Assembly (NCBI GenBank): GCA_025922945.1
Contig: JAICGW010000003.1
Location: forward strand, 1 to 51,749
Source: Acidimicrobiia bacterium
Lineage (GTDB): Bacteria; Actinomycetota; Acidimicrobiia; Spongiisociales; ZC4RG35
DNA length: 51,749 nt
Direction of reading: 5' to 3'
The translations under genes and the position numbers were made by a program. The notes under the pieces were generated by a model. The model had not been told where the DNA came from and did not search any database. It saw only the letters and a program-made list of their open reading frames with translations. Below, piece by piece: positions 1 to 8,720 of the stretch. The first letter of the stretch is position 1. Each line of letters starts with the position of its first letter.

Positions 1-770
1 AAGGGACCGATGCCTTCTTCGGTGGACCAAACCACCAAGAAGGCCGTACCGGCCATCAGCATGGCAGTACCTCGCTGGCCCACGTAGATCGTCGCCAGGA
101 TGAGGGGGAGGAGGATGAAGTAGGCAAAGCTGCGCCCGGTGACCTCTCTTCCTTCGATGGCAATCACCAGCACCAGGACAGTGATCAGGCCCACGAATGT
201 GGTTTTGAGCCAAATTCCTTTGGGGGTTCGGTCCCTCAGTGCCGAGACGATCGCTAGGGCTCCGGGTCCAATCAAGACGATGCCCAGAGCGTCGGCGGCG
301 AGCCAGGAGAGCATCGCCGGCAAGATCTGACTGTCAAAGGTGATGGCTGTGGCCGTGCCTCCGATTACCGCTCCCACCGACGGCCCTAGTAAGCCGGCAA
401 GCAGCAGGGCACCGATGTCGGCGAGTCGGACGATGCGGTGAGTCTGCGGAAGGCGGGCCCGAAGGATGGAGCCGGCCACCACCGCTTCGGCCACGTTGGC
501 CCCGGCGGCGCATGCGACGTGGAACCAATTGACATCGACGAAGGGAGCGGCGGAGAGGACCGTGCCCACACCTACGCCGGCGATGACGTAGGGCCGGAGC
601 CGGGAGGAGGTGGCAGAAGCGAGGGCGGCGGCCACCCCGGCGGCTGGCCAGAAAATGGTTACCCCGACGGCCTGAGCGGAGAGGCCGCTCCCGGCAAGGG
701 CAGTCAGCGCATAGAGAATCGAGGTGCCGACGAGGGCAATCCAGGGCGCGAACCGTCGAGGTATCTCCAC
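1..770 (-). CDS. MASE1-domain membrane sensor protein, N-terminal part (runs off the left edge)
   Basis: Missing from the ORF track because it has no stop in the window. Manual translation from GTG 770 gives VEIPRRFAPWIALVGTSILYALT...TIFWPAAGVAAA...ANVAEAVVAG...SWLAADALGIVLIGP..., a multi-TM protein with MASE1 hallmarks (WPAAG, N.xE, W..DALG). Alternative GTG at 776. Confidence 0.8.
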   Translation of the reverse strand, partial: MEIPRRFAPWIALVGTSILYALTALAGSGLSAQAVGVTIFWPAAGVAAALASATSSRLRPYVIAGVGVGTVLSAAPFVDVNWFHVACAAGANVAEAVVAGSILRARLPQTHRIVRLADIGALLLAGLLGPSVGAVIGGTATAITFDSQILPAMLSWLAADALGIVLIGPGALAIVSALRDRTPKGIWLKTTFVGLITVLVLVIAIEGREVTGRSFAYFILLPLILATIYVGQRGTAMLMAGTAFLVVWSTEEGIGP

Positions 771-923
771 CCCCACGAATCGGCAACCTCTGAGACCGCC
801 TGTAGCTCGTTTGGAGTCAGCGAAAAGACCCGGAACGGGGGCTTGTCCCTAGCTCTTCCGGCTCAATTTTGGGTGCCGCTATGTCGATACAGCATTTTCG
901 ACTTTCACCCAAGGAGGAGCGGA

Positions 924-3260
924 GTGTTCAAGTTTCGTCTGGCCAGCAAGCTGGCGATGGCCAGCCTTCCCATCGGGCTGGTGGCACTCCTGGCCGGCGG
1001 ATATATCGCCTGGACATTTCTCGAGAGTGCCAAGGTTCAGGAAGAAACGTCCCGTGCCTCGAGTGTGGCGAGCGAAGCTATGGGCGCGCTCGGGACGCTG
1101 TGGTCAGAACAGCACCTCGTCAACACCATGGTTCTCCGCCCCGACCAGGTCGATCCTCGCAACCTCGAATCGGCCCGGCTCCAGTCTGAGAGAGCACTTA
1201 GCAACCTTGAGCGCGCGGTCGCGGGTTATGTCTCCTCAGCCCGACCCTCGACCGCGGACACCGCCCGCCGCGTCGAGTCGGATATGGCCGAGCTCGAGGC
1301 CTGGCTTGCCGAGATCCGCCAGGTCGAGCGCTTCAGTGCTTCCGTCGCCTCCGGGTTTAACACCGCCACCGACCTGCTATTCGGCATCATCTCCCAGGTC
1401 TCCCTGAACCTCCCCGATCGCTTGAAGGCCCAGGATGTCGGCGCCGCCGAGGCACTGGCTGAGGCCGCCAGCGTTTCCTTTCAGCAGGAACAGGTCGTGA
1501 GAACCTATATCGCCCAGGGCGAGGATTCGCAACGACAGCTCGTGGAAGCTGCCCTCAACCTGCGGGAACAAGAAGTTCGGGGCTGGCAAGAGCGTGCGGC
1601 GGCGTCGTCGGAAACCGCCGCGCAGGAACTGGCCGCCCTGGCGGCAATGGAAGAGGCGGTCACGGGACGGGCCGCCACCGAGACGGTCGACATCAACGGG
1701 TTCCCCGCCGACCGCAACGAAGTCCTCATCGTGGCCGCCGACCGTCTCGCCGCCCAAGCCTCCGACGCCGCGGAAAGCGACGCGGCCCGGGCCCGGGATC
1801 GGGCCCTTCTGGTGGCGGGCATCGTCGGTTTCATCCTCCTTCTGACGGCTTTCGGGACCGTTCGCATCGAAAGGTCGCTCGTCCGGCGAGTCCGGGCGGT
1901 GACCGACTCGGCCCGTCGGGTGGCAGACGTCGAACTCCCCAATCTGGTGTCTGCGCTGCGTAACCCCGACGATGCCAATGCCGCCAGTGCCGCTTCGAGC
2001 GCAATTCGCATCAAAGAGGCGGGGGCAGACGAGGTTGGCGACCTCGCTCGTTCTTTCTCCGCGCTCCACGGGACGCTGATCGACGTCGCCGCCCAGCAGA
2101 TGGACATCCTGCGGAAGGGGGTTTCGGAGATCTTTGTCACTCTGGCGCGGCGCAACAGCTCGCTGGTCGACCGGCAACTGGCCCTGATCGACAAGCTCGA
2201 ATCGAAGGAAGAGGATCCCGAGACCCTGGCCGGCTACTACCGCCTCGACCACCTCAGCACCCGCATGCGACGCAACGCCGAAAGCTTGCTCGTCCTCGCA
2301 GGTGCCGAGAGCCCTCGCATGTGGGAGAAGCCACTTGAAGTTGGAGACGTCGTCCGTGCCGCCCTCGGCGAAGTCGACGAGTACCAGCGCATCGACATCC
2401 TCGCCCTCGAGCCGGTAAGGGTGGCGGGTCACGTCGTCTCCGACATTGCCCACCTGCTGTCCGAACTGCTGGACAACGCCACCCAGTTCTCGCCCCCTAC
2501 AGAGCGGGTTCGGGTCGCCGGTCTGTTCGACGAATCCGGCTACTTGCTCACCATCTCCGACCACGGGATCGGCATGAGTGATGAACGGATCGTCGAGCTC
2601 AACCAACTCCTGAGCCATCCGCCGGTTCTGGGTCTGGCTCTCGAGCCCACTCTCGGCCTCTATGTCGTGGCTCGTCTCGCCGCCCGGCACGGCATGCGGG
2701 TGCGTCTGGCAGCCGGCGTCCCTGGAACGACTGTGCGCATCACGGTGCCCCGCACGCTGCTCGAGACCTCAACGGCCACCCGACCCGATGAAAGTGGCCG
2801 CCTCCGCAACGAGCCCTCGACCGACGTTCGCCCCACCAGCAGGGAGACGCCACGAGTCTCGGTGCCGTCGCGGCTGGCTACGCCCGAACCTCGAGTGCGC
2901 CCGCCGCTGACGCCATCCGTGCAGCCCGCCGTTCCGAGCCCGTCGCACCTCCCCGGTCGGGTAGTCGAGACTACGCCGGCCAATGGAGGCCAGCGCGCAA
3001 CCGCCACCCCCGCCCCGCCGCTCCCTCGGCCGAATCCAGCTCCGCGGCGCTACGACCCCAATCAGGAACTGCCCACCAGAGTCCCGGGGACGTCCTTCCA
3101 AGACGATGGAGCGGTCCCGACCTCCAAGGCCTCCGAGATTGGTCCCGACGGGATCAAGGCGGCCCTCAGCGCCTTTCAGACCGGCCGCGATTCGGCGGGA
3201 AAACTCGGCGAAGCTCGGACCAATCCCGCTCCCTCGAATGAGCCGGGGGTGATGGAATGA
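924..3260 (+). CDS. cvnA: Conservon sensor histidine kinase (CvnA-like): TM, extracellular sensor, TM, HAMP, kinase core, Pro-rich tail
   Basis: Contains LARRNSSLVDRQL..DHLSTRMRRNAESLLVLAG, ELLDNATQFS and DHGIGM. Start moved to GTG 924 behind RBS AAGGAGGAG (911-919). Confidence 0.88.
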   Translation: MFKFRLASKLAMASLPIGLVALLAGGYIAWTFLESAKVQEETSRASSVASEAMGALGTLWSEQHLVNTMVLRPDQVDPRNLESARLQSERALSNLERAVAGYVSSARPSTADTARRVESDMAELEAWLAEIRQVERFSASVASGFNTATDLLFGIISQVSLNLPDRLKAQDVGAAEALAEAASVSFQQEQVVRTYIAQGEDSQRQLVEAALNLREQEVRGWQERAAASSETAAQELAALAAMEEAVTGRAATETVDINGFPADRNEVLIVAADRLAAQASDAAESDAARARDRALLVAGIVGFILLLTAFGTVRIERSLVRRVRAVTDSARRVADVELPNLVSALRNPDDANAASAASSAIRIKEAGADEVGDLARSFSALHGTLIDVAAQQMDILRKGVSEIFVTLARRNSSLVDRQLALIDKLESKEEDPETLAGYYRLDHLSTRMRRNAESLLVLAGAESPRMWEKPLEVGDVVRAALGEVDEYQRIDILALEPVRVAGHVVSDIAHLLSELLDNATQFSPPTERVRVAGLFDESGYLLTISDHGIGMSDERIVELNQLLSHPPVLGLALEPTLGLYVVARLAARHGMRVRLAAGVPGTTVRITVPRTLLETSTATRPDESGRLRNEPSTDVRPTSRETPRVSVPSRLATPEPRVRPPLTPSVQPAVPSPSHLPGRVVETTPANGGQRATATPAPPLPRPNPAPRRYDPNQELPTRVPGTSFQDDGAVPTSKASEIGPDGIKAALSAFQTGRDSAGKLGEARTNPAPSNEPGVME

Positions 3261-3676
3261 GCGCCGGAGCCTCCAACCTCAACTGGCTCATCGGGCGATT
3301 CGTCGATGCCGTGCCAGCTGTTCGCAAGGCCGTGGTGGTTTCCTCCGACGGCCTGGCGATGGCGGTTTCACTTGATGTCGATCGAGAGTCGGCCGATCGT
3401 CTCGCCGCCGTCGCCTCGGGCATGATCGGTCTCGCCTATGGCTCGGCTGGGCGAATGGGAGCCGGTGCGGTCTCCAACGTCATTGTCGAGATGACCAATG
3501 GCTGGCTTTTCGTAACCGGCATCAGTGATGGCTCGCTGCTTTGCGCCCTCACCACCCGCTCGGTCGACATCGGCTCGGTCGCCTACCAGATGGCACTCTT
3601 CGCCGAAAGGGCCGGACAGGTGCTGACGCCCGAAGTGCGCGAGGAGCTGAAAATGGAGTTGGTGTCGAGCGAGTGA
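3257..3676 (+). CDS. cvnB: Roadblock/LC7 (MglB-like) conservon protein
   Basis: LNWLIGRFV..VVVSSDGL..ADRLAAVASG; ATGA overlap with the kinase gene. Confidence 0.9.
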   Translation: MSAGASNLNWLIGRFVDAVPAVRKAVVVSSDGLAMAVSLDVDRESADRLAAVASGMIGLAYGSAGRMGAGAVSNVIVEMTNGWLFVTGISDGSLLCALTTRSVDIGSVAYQMALFAERAGQVLTPEVREELKMELVSSE

Positions 3677-4053
3677 GCGAATCCGCCGAGACGCTCGAGG
3701 CCGGAAGGCTGGTACGCCCCTACACGATGACCGGGGGTCGCACTGGTCGCGACCTGCCCCAGATCGCCCTCGAGGCACAAGTGGTCGCGACCCGGGCCGG
3801 GCTCGAGAACCGGCACCTCTATCGATTTGAAGCAGCCCGCATCATCGACATGGCTCAGAAGCAGCTGGCCTTGGTCGAACTGGCCGCGCACCTCGATGTC
3901 CCGGTGGGCGTCGTGCGGGTCGTGGCCGCTGACCTCGCTCGGCGGGGAGCGATCCTGATCATGGACCCGCCCAGCGGCATGACCACTGGCCTCGACGGCT
4001 ACCAGTACACAACCCTCCTCCGGAAGGTGCTCGATGGAATCAAGAGCCTCTGA
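3673..4053 (+). CDS. cvnC: DUF742-type winged-helix conservon protein
   Basis: RLVRPYTMTGGRT, ELAAHLDVPVGVVRV and C-terminal LLRKVLDGIKSL; GTGA overlap at 3673. Confidence 0.88.
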   Translation: MSESAETLEAGRLVRPYTMTGGRTGRDLPQIALEAQVVATRAGLENRHLYRFEAARIIDMAQKQLALVELAAHLDVPVGVVRVVAADLARRGAILIMDPPSGMTTGLDGYQYTTLLRKVLDGIKSL

Positions 4054-4621
4054 CGGACCCCGCCTAACTCCCGTCAAGATCGTCGTCGCCGGCGGATTCG
4101 GCGTTGGCAAAACAACCTTTGTCGGAGCCATCTCGGAGATCGAGCCCCTTCGCAGCGAAGCAGTAATGACCCAGGAAAGCGCCGGCATCGATGAGCTGTT
4201 CGAGGGCAATACCAAGACCACGACCACGGTCGCCATGGACTTCGGGCGTATCAGCCTGAAGGGCAATCTGGTGCTCTACCTCTTCGGCACCCCGGGCCAG
4301 GATCGCTTTCATTTCATGTGGCACGAGCTCTCCAAGGGGGCGATCGGGGCCGTCGTCCTGGTCGACACGCGCCGCCTGGAAGCATGCTTTCCGGCTGTCG
4401 ACTTCTTCGAAAAGCTGGGTGTTCCCTTCCTGGTGGCCGTCAATACCTTCAACGGTGAGAAGCTCCACTCCTTAGATGAGGTGGCGACCGCCTTGGCGAT
4501 CAATCCTTCGGTCCCCTTGCTCTACTGCGACGCCCGTCACCGCCTGCAAGTGCAGGGAGCTCTGGTGCAGCTCGTTGAACATGCGTTGACCAGAGCGCTT
4601 GAGGGGGCCGCAGCGCCATGA
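4034..4621 (+). CDS. cvnD: Small Ras/MglA-like GTPase of the conservon
   Basis: KIVVAGGFGVGKTT (G1), TTTVAMDFG, LFGTPGQDRF. Confidence 0.92.
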   Translation: MESRASDGPRLTPVKIVVAGGFGVGKTTFVGAISEIEPLRSEAVMTQESAGIDELFEGNTKTTTTVAMDFGRISLKGNLVLYLFGTPGQDRFHFMWHELSKGAIGAVVLVDTRRLEACFPAVDFFEKLGVPFLVAVNTFNGEKLHSLDEVATALAINPSVPLLYCDARHRLQVQGALVQLVEHALTRALEGAAAP

Positions 4622-5289
4622 GCCAGTGGCCGGCAGGGCGGGGCGAGGCCACCGACCTGACAGTCATCGATGTCGATTCAATCCACCGTGATCTCGAGGA
4701 AACACGGGCGCGGCTGGCCGAGGCGGAGTGGGCGCTGGCTCGACTGGCGTCGTCGGCGGGGCCGATTGAGACCCGGCTACAGGACCTGATTGTTGCCGCT
4801 CGCGATGAGGCCGCTCAGATAAAGGCCGAGGCGCGCCAGCAAGCCGAGAGCCTGGTGCGGGAAGCCGAGCGTTTGCGGGCGATGGCCGGGCAAGCGGCAG
4901 CCGGGGGCAGTGAGCAGGCCAAGAAGCAAATCGCCCAGAAGGTGAGCGAGATGGTGGCCAACGCCGACCAGCTCCGGATCAACTCCGAGCGTCGGGCGGC
5001 GGAGATCATCAGACAGGCTCAAGAGAAGGTGGCGCCGACACAGGCCCGCACCGATGAGCTAGTGCGCCTGATCGCCCGTCAGGAGGCCGAGCTCGGTGAG
5101 CTGCATGCGATGGTGAAGGAAGCCCGCCACAAGGCTGACGCAATCATCCGACACGCCCAGGTGGAGGCGGCGGCCCGGGTGGAGGAGCTGAGCGAACGAG
5201 CCCGGCAGCGGCTCGAAGCCGCCCGCCTCGAGGCCGATCGAATCGTTGCCGCCGCTCACGAACGCGCCCAGCGGATCAGTCCGACCTAA
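4618..5289 (+). CDS. Coiled-coil protein resembling the DivIVA C-terminal/Scy repeats
   Basis: Ala/Glu/Arg-rich periodic helices (ARDEAAQIKAEARQQAESLVREAE; ARHKADAIIRHAQVEA). ATGA overlap with the GTPase; terminator directly after. Confidence 0.7.
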   Translation: MSQWPAGRGEATDLTVIDVDSIHRDLEETRARLAEAEWALARLASSAGPIETRLQDLIVAARDEAAQIKAEARQQAESLVREAERLRAMAGQAAAGGSEQAKKQIAQKVSEMVANADQLRINSERRAAEIIRQAQEKVAPTQARTDELVRLIARQEAELGELHAMVKEARHKADAIIRHAQVEAAARVEELSERARQRLEAARLEADRIVAAAHERAQRISPT

Positions 5290-5316
5290 GAAGCGGCCCG
5301 GAGGCCGGGCCGCTTC
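5290..5316. terminator. GC-rich hairpin between convergent genes (probable intrinsic terminator)
   Basis: Perfect inverted repeat GAAGCGGCCCGG-agg-CCGGGCCGCTTC immediately after the stop at 5289. Confidence 0.75.
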
Positions 5317-5358
5317 GATATGGGGTTCAACCCCTGGTTCTATTTGGCTGGGATCGCT

Positions 5359-5859
5359 CTAATCACCGTCGGGTGGGTTGCTACCGCCGGTGGCCACAAA
5401 GCTCACGCAATCACCCTGGTTCTTGAAGACTCCAAAGGTGACCCACCCCCCCTTCTTGCACTGATCCGTGGAGGTGAGGCCCGCGATCAATGTCGTGGTG
5501 GTGGTTGGAGCGGTCGTCGTGGTGGTGGTCGCCAGGGTCGTGGTCGGAGCCGCGGTGGTGGTCGTGGCCGGTGCGAGAGTCGTCGTGGTGGGAGCATTGG
5601 GACCGCTGGGCAAATTGCGACCGCCGGTGACCACATAACTCACGCAATCACCCTGGTTCTTAAAAACGCCGGCGAAGTCCTGCCAGCCGCCTTGTTTGCA
5701 GTCATCGGCATCGTCGAGGCCAGGGATCGTCAGGGCCAGGTTGCTTTCCAGGCCGGGCTGTGAAAGCGCCATCGGCGCAAAGGCGATCAGCGAAATCAGA
5801 ACCCCCAGGCCAACGACCGCGGCTCGCGATCGACGAATGTTCTCCAGGAGTTGTTTCAT
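5359..5859 (-). CDS. Secreted protein with two CKxGGW...FKNQGDCVS repeats joined by a Thr/Pro linker
   Basis: Signal peptide MKQLLENIRRSRAAVVGLGVLISLIAFAPMALSQ; repeats DDCKQGGWQDFAGVFKNQGDCVSYV and DQCKKGGWVTFGVFKNQGDCVSFV; ATG 5859 with purine-rich RBS. Confidence 0.75.
   Translation of the reverse strand: MKQLLENIRRSRAAVVGLGVLISLIAFAPMALSQPGLESNLALTIPGLDDADDCKQGGWQDFAGVFKNQGDCVSYVVTGGRNLPSGPNAPTTTTLAPATTTTAAPTTTLATTTTTTAPTTTTTLIAGLTSTDQCKKGGWVTFGVFKNQGDCVSFVATGGSNPPDGD
5402..5661. repeat. 23-nt identical intragenic direct repeat
   Basis: CTCACGCAATCACCCTGGTTCTT at 5402-5424 and 5639-5661, encoding KNQGDCVS on the minus strand. Confidence 0.9.
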
Positions 5860-5983
5860 GCAACAACCTTTCCCTCGGGATCCCAAGTAGTGGCGGGATC
5901 TCTTCCACTCTCCGTGGCCAAGACTAGCCGTCTTGGGGTGGGTGCAAAAAGGGCGTCTAGGCCCATCAAGCTACTCTGGACCG

Positions 5984-8539
5984 ATGCCTCCAGACCCGGG
6001 CTCGCGCATACCTGAAAAGCCTGTTCTCGAGGGTCTCGAGGACAAATGGCAGCCTGTATGGGAGGAGCGAGGCTTGTTTCGTTTCGATCGCTCGAAGACC
6101 CGGGAGGAGGTCTTTTCGATCGACACGCCGCCACCCACGGTGAGCGGCCGCCTTCACCCGGGCCACATGTTTTCGTTCACCCACACCGACCTCATCGCTC
6201 GTTACCAGCGGATGCGGGGCAAGGAGGTCTTTTATCCCATGGGCTGGGACGACAACGGGCTCAACGTCGAGCGTCGGGTGCAGCTGATAACCGGGACCAT
6301 CGTCGATCCGAGCTTGCCCTACGACCCCGACTTCGTTCCCCCAGCGGAAGCGCCCAAGCGACCGATCCCGATTTCTCGACCTAACTTTCTCGAGCTCTGC
6401 GAGAGGGTGGTTCCCGAGCTCGAGGCCGAATACCACCAGCTCTGGTCGCGACTCGGTCTGTCGGTCGACTGGTCGTTCACATATACGACGATCGGAAGCC
6501 ACGCGACCTATATCTCGCAGATCGCCTTCCTGGATCTGGTCAAAAGAGACCTCGCCTACCGAGCTGCCGCGCCCACCCTCTGGGACGTCGATATGAAGAC
6601 CGCCGTGGCCCAGGCCGAACTGGAAGATCGGGATGTTCCGTCGGATTATCGGAAGATCGTCTTTCAGGGACCGGAGGGAGAGCCGCTCCTCGTCGATACG
6701 ACCCGCCCCGAGTTGCTCCCAGCCTGCGTCGCGCTGGTCGCTCATCCAGAGGATGCCCGTTACCAGCACTTGTTCGGAAAGCAGGCGCTAACTCCGCTCT
6801 TTGGGGTGAGAGTGCCCATTGTTTCCCACGAGCTGGGCGATCCCGAGAAGGGGACTGGTTTGGCGATGATCTGTACTTTCGGCGATACGACCGACGTCAC
6901 TTGGTGGCGGGAGCTCGGCTTGCCGCTGCGCGCCATCGTCCAGCGGGACGGGACCATGAGACCCGTCAGCTGGGGTAGTGATGGCTTCGAGAGCGATGAT
7001 CCCACCACCGCCCAGAAAGCCTATGACGCCATCTCCGGGCGGAGCACCAAACAGGCGCGGGGGTTGCTGATCGAGCTGCTTGAAGGCGCCGGAAAACTGG
7101 TCGGGGAGTCGCGGCCCATCACACACGCAGTCAAATTCTGGGAGAACGGCGTTCGGCCTTTGGAAATCGTCACCTCCAATCAATGGTTCATCCGCTACCC
7201 CGACCGCGAACAGATGCTCAAGCGGGGCAAGGAACTCAACTGGTACCCCGACTACATGCAGGTGAGGTACGAGAACTGGGTCAACGGGCTGCTGGGGGAT
7301 TGGAACATCACCCGCCAACGATTTTTCGGAGTGCCCTTCCCGGTCTGGTATCCGATCGATGTCGCAGGGGAGGTGGATTTCCTCTCCCCGATCTTGGCCA
7401 CCGAGGACATGATTCCAGTCGATCCCACCACCACCTCCCCGCCTGGGTTCGAGGAGTCGGACCGTGACCAGCCGAATGGATTTGCCGCCGATCCCGACGT
7501 GATGGACACCTGGGCCACGTCTTCGCTCTCACCGCAGATCGTGTGCGGGTGGAACACCGACCCCGATCTCTTTGCCCGCACCTTTCCTATGGATATGCGG
7601 CCGCAGTCGCACGACATTATCCGCACTTGGCTCTTCAGCACCGTGGTCCGCGCTCACTACGAGTTCGACTCTCTGCCCTGGGCCAATGCTGCGATCTCGG
7701 GGTTTGTGGTCGATCCCGATCGAAAGAAGCTTTCCAAGTCCGCCGCTAACGCCGCCGACGATCCGATGACGATGCTGAGGACCTACGGAGTGGACGGGGT
7801 TCGGTACTGGGCGGCGCAAGGAAGGCCCGGAGTCGACATGGTCTTTGACGAGGGCCAGCTCAAAATCGGCCGCCGTCTCGCCACCAAACTGTTGAACGCC
7901 TCCAAGTTCGCCCTCACGCTCAGTGAGGGAGCGAAAGGTCAGCCCACTGTTCTGCTTGATCGAGCGTTGCTAGCCGGTCTGGCGGATCTGGTGGAGGAGG
8001 CGACATCGTCATTCGACCGCTTCGACTACGCCCGGGCGATCGAACGAACCGAAGCCTTTTTCTGGCCCTTCTGCGACGACTACGTCGAGCTTGTTAAGGG
8101 GCGGGCTTATGGCGCCGAGGGCGACGAAGGGACGGAGTCGGCCCGGGCCACCCTGGCCATCGCCATCAAAACCATCGTCCAGCTCTTCGCCCCCTTTCTC
8201 CCCTACGTCACCGAGGAAGTGTGGTCGTGGTTCGAGGAGGGGAGCGTGCATCGCTCTACTTGGCCGTCTGCCACCGACATCCGCAGCTGGACGAGTGAGA
8301 CCGACGACGTCGGGCTGCTTTTGACGGCCGGTCAGGTGCTGTCAGCGATCCGCAAGGTCAAGACCGCCGCCCAGGTCTCGATGAAGGCGGAAGTTGGAAC
8401 TGTCCATATCGTCGGCCCGAATGCGGTTCGCGCCGGGCTGGAGGCTGTCGAAGGCGACTTGCGAAATGCCGGTGTGATTAGCGGCCCCATCACCTTCGGC
8501 GCCGGCGATGAGTTGCTGGTCGAGGCCGTCCTCGTCTAG
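5984..8539 (+). CDS. valS: Valine--tRNA ligase (short type lacking the C-terminal coiled-coil arm)
   Basis: FSIDTPPPTVSGRLHPGH, GWDDNG, TTRPELL, DWNITRQR, DVMDTWATS, KKLSKS, CDDYVELVK. Start taken as ATG 5984. Confidence 0.95.
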   Translation: MPPDPGSRIPEKPVLEGLEDKWQPVWEERGLFRFDRSKTREEVFSIDTPPPTVSGRLHPGHMFSFTHTDLIARYQRMRGKEVFYPMGWDDNGLNVERRVQLITGTIVDPSLPYDPDFVPPAEAPKRPIPISRPNFLELCERVVPELEAEYHQLWSRLGLSVDWSFTYTTIGSHATYISQIAFLDLVKRDLAYRAAAPTLWDVDMKTAVAQAELEDRDVPSDYRKIVFQGPEGEPLLVDTTRPELLPACVALVAHPEDARYQHLFGKQALTPLFGVRVPIVSHELGDPEKGTGLAMICTFGDTTDVTWWRELGLPLRAIVQRDGTMRPVSWGSDGFESDDPTTAQKAYDAISGRSTKQARGLLIELLEGAGKLVGESRPITHAVKFWENGVRPLEIVTSNQWFIRYPDREQMLKRGKELNWYPDYMQVRYENWVNGLLGDWNITRQRFFGVPFPVWYPIDVAGEVDFLSPILATEDMIPVDPTTTSPPGFEESDRDQPNGFAADPDVMDTWATSSLSPQIVCGWNTDPDLFARTFPMDMRPQSHDIIRTWLFSTVVRAHYEFDSLPWANAAISGFVVDPDRKKLSKSAANAADDPMTMLRTYGVDGVRYWAAQGRPGVDMVFDEGQLKIGRRLATKLLNASKFALTLSEGAKGQPTVLLDRALLAGLADLVEEATSSFDRFDYARAIERTEAFFWPFCDDYVELVKGRAYGAEGDEGTESARATLAIAIKTIVQLFAPFLPYVTEEVWSWFEEGSVHRSTWPSATDIRSWTSETDDVGLLLTAGQVLSAIRKVKTAAQVSMKAEVGTVHIVGPNAVRAGLEAVEGDLRNAGVISGPITFGAGDELLVEAVLV

Positions 8540-8586
8540 GCCAGTTCGGAGGGGCCAAGCCCGTCCGACAACCTTCGGGTTGAAGA

Positions 8587-8693
8587 AAATTTGGTCACAC
8601 ACGCCCGCTTTTCGGCAAATTTGGTTGCTGGCGACCGGTACTCGTTCGTCAGCTACCGAATTTCCCAGAAAGCGTGCGTCAGCTACCGAATTT
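8587..8693. repeat. Imperfect ~107-bp palindromic intergenic element with a 30-bp internal period
   Basis: CGTCAGCTACCGAATTT at 8647-8663 and 8677-8693; inverted related copies at 8587-8603 and 8617-8633. Confidence 0.75.
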
Positions 8694-8720
8694 GGCCGGC
8701 GCCGGACCCGCAAGGAGTCC

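Noticed and set aside
438-923. N-terminal 162 aa of the 940-aa kinase ORF
   Set aside because: Antisense shadow of the MASE1 gene; a strong RBS and TM segment place the start at GTG 924.
5490-5590. GTG/GTC trinucleotide-like repeats as a microsatellite or Gly/Arg-rich plus-strand ORF
   Set aside because: Explained by the Thr-rich linker codons of the minus-strand secreted protein.
8587-8693. Possible mini-CRISPR
   Set aside because: Only two 17-nt direct copies with a 13-nt spacer, inverted partners, and no cas genes.
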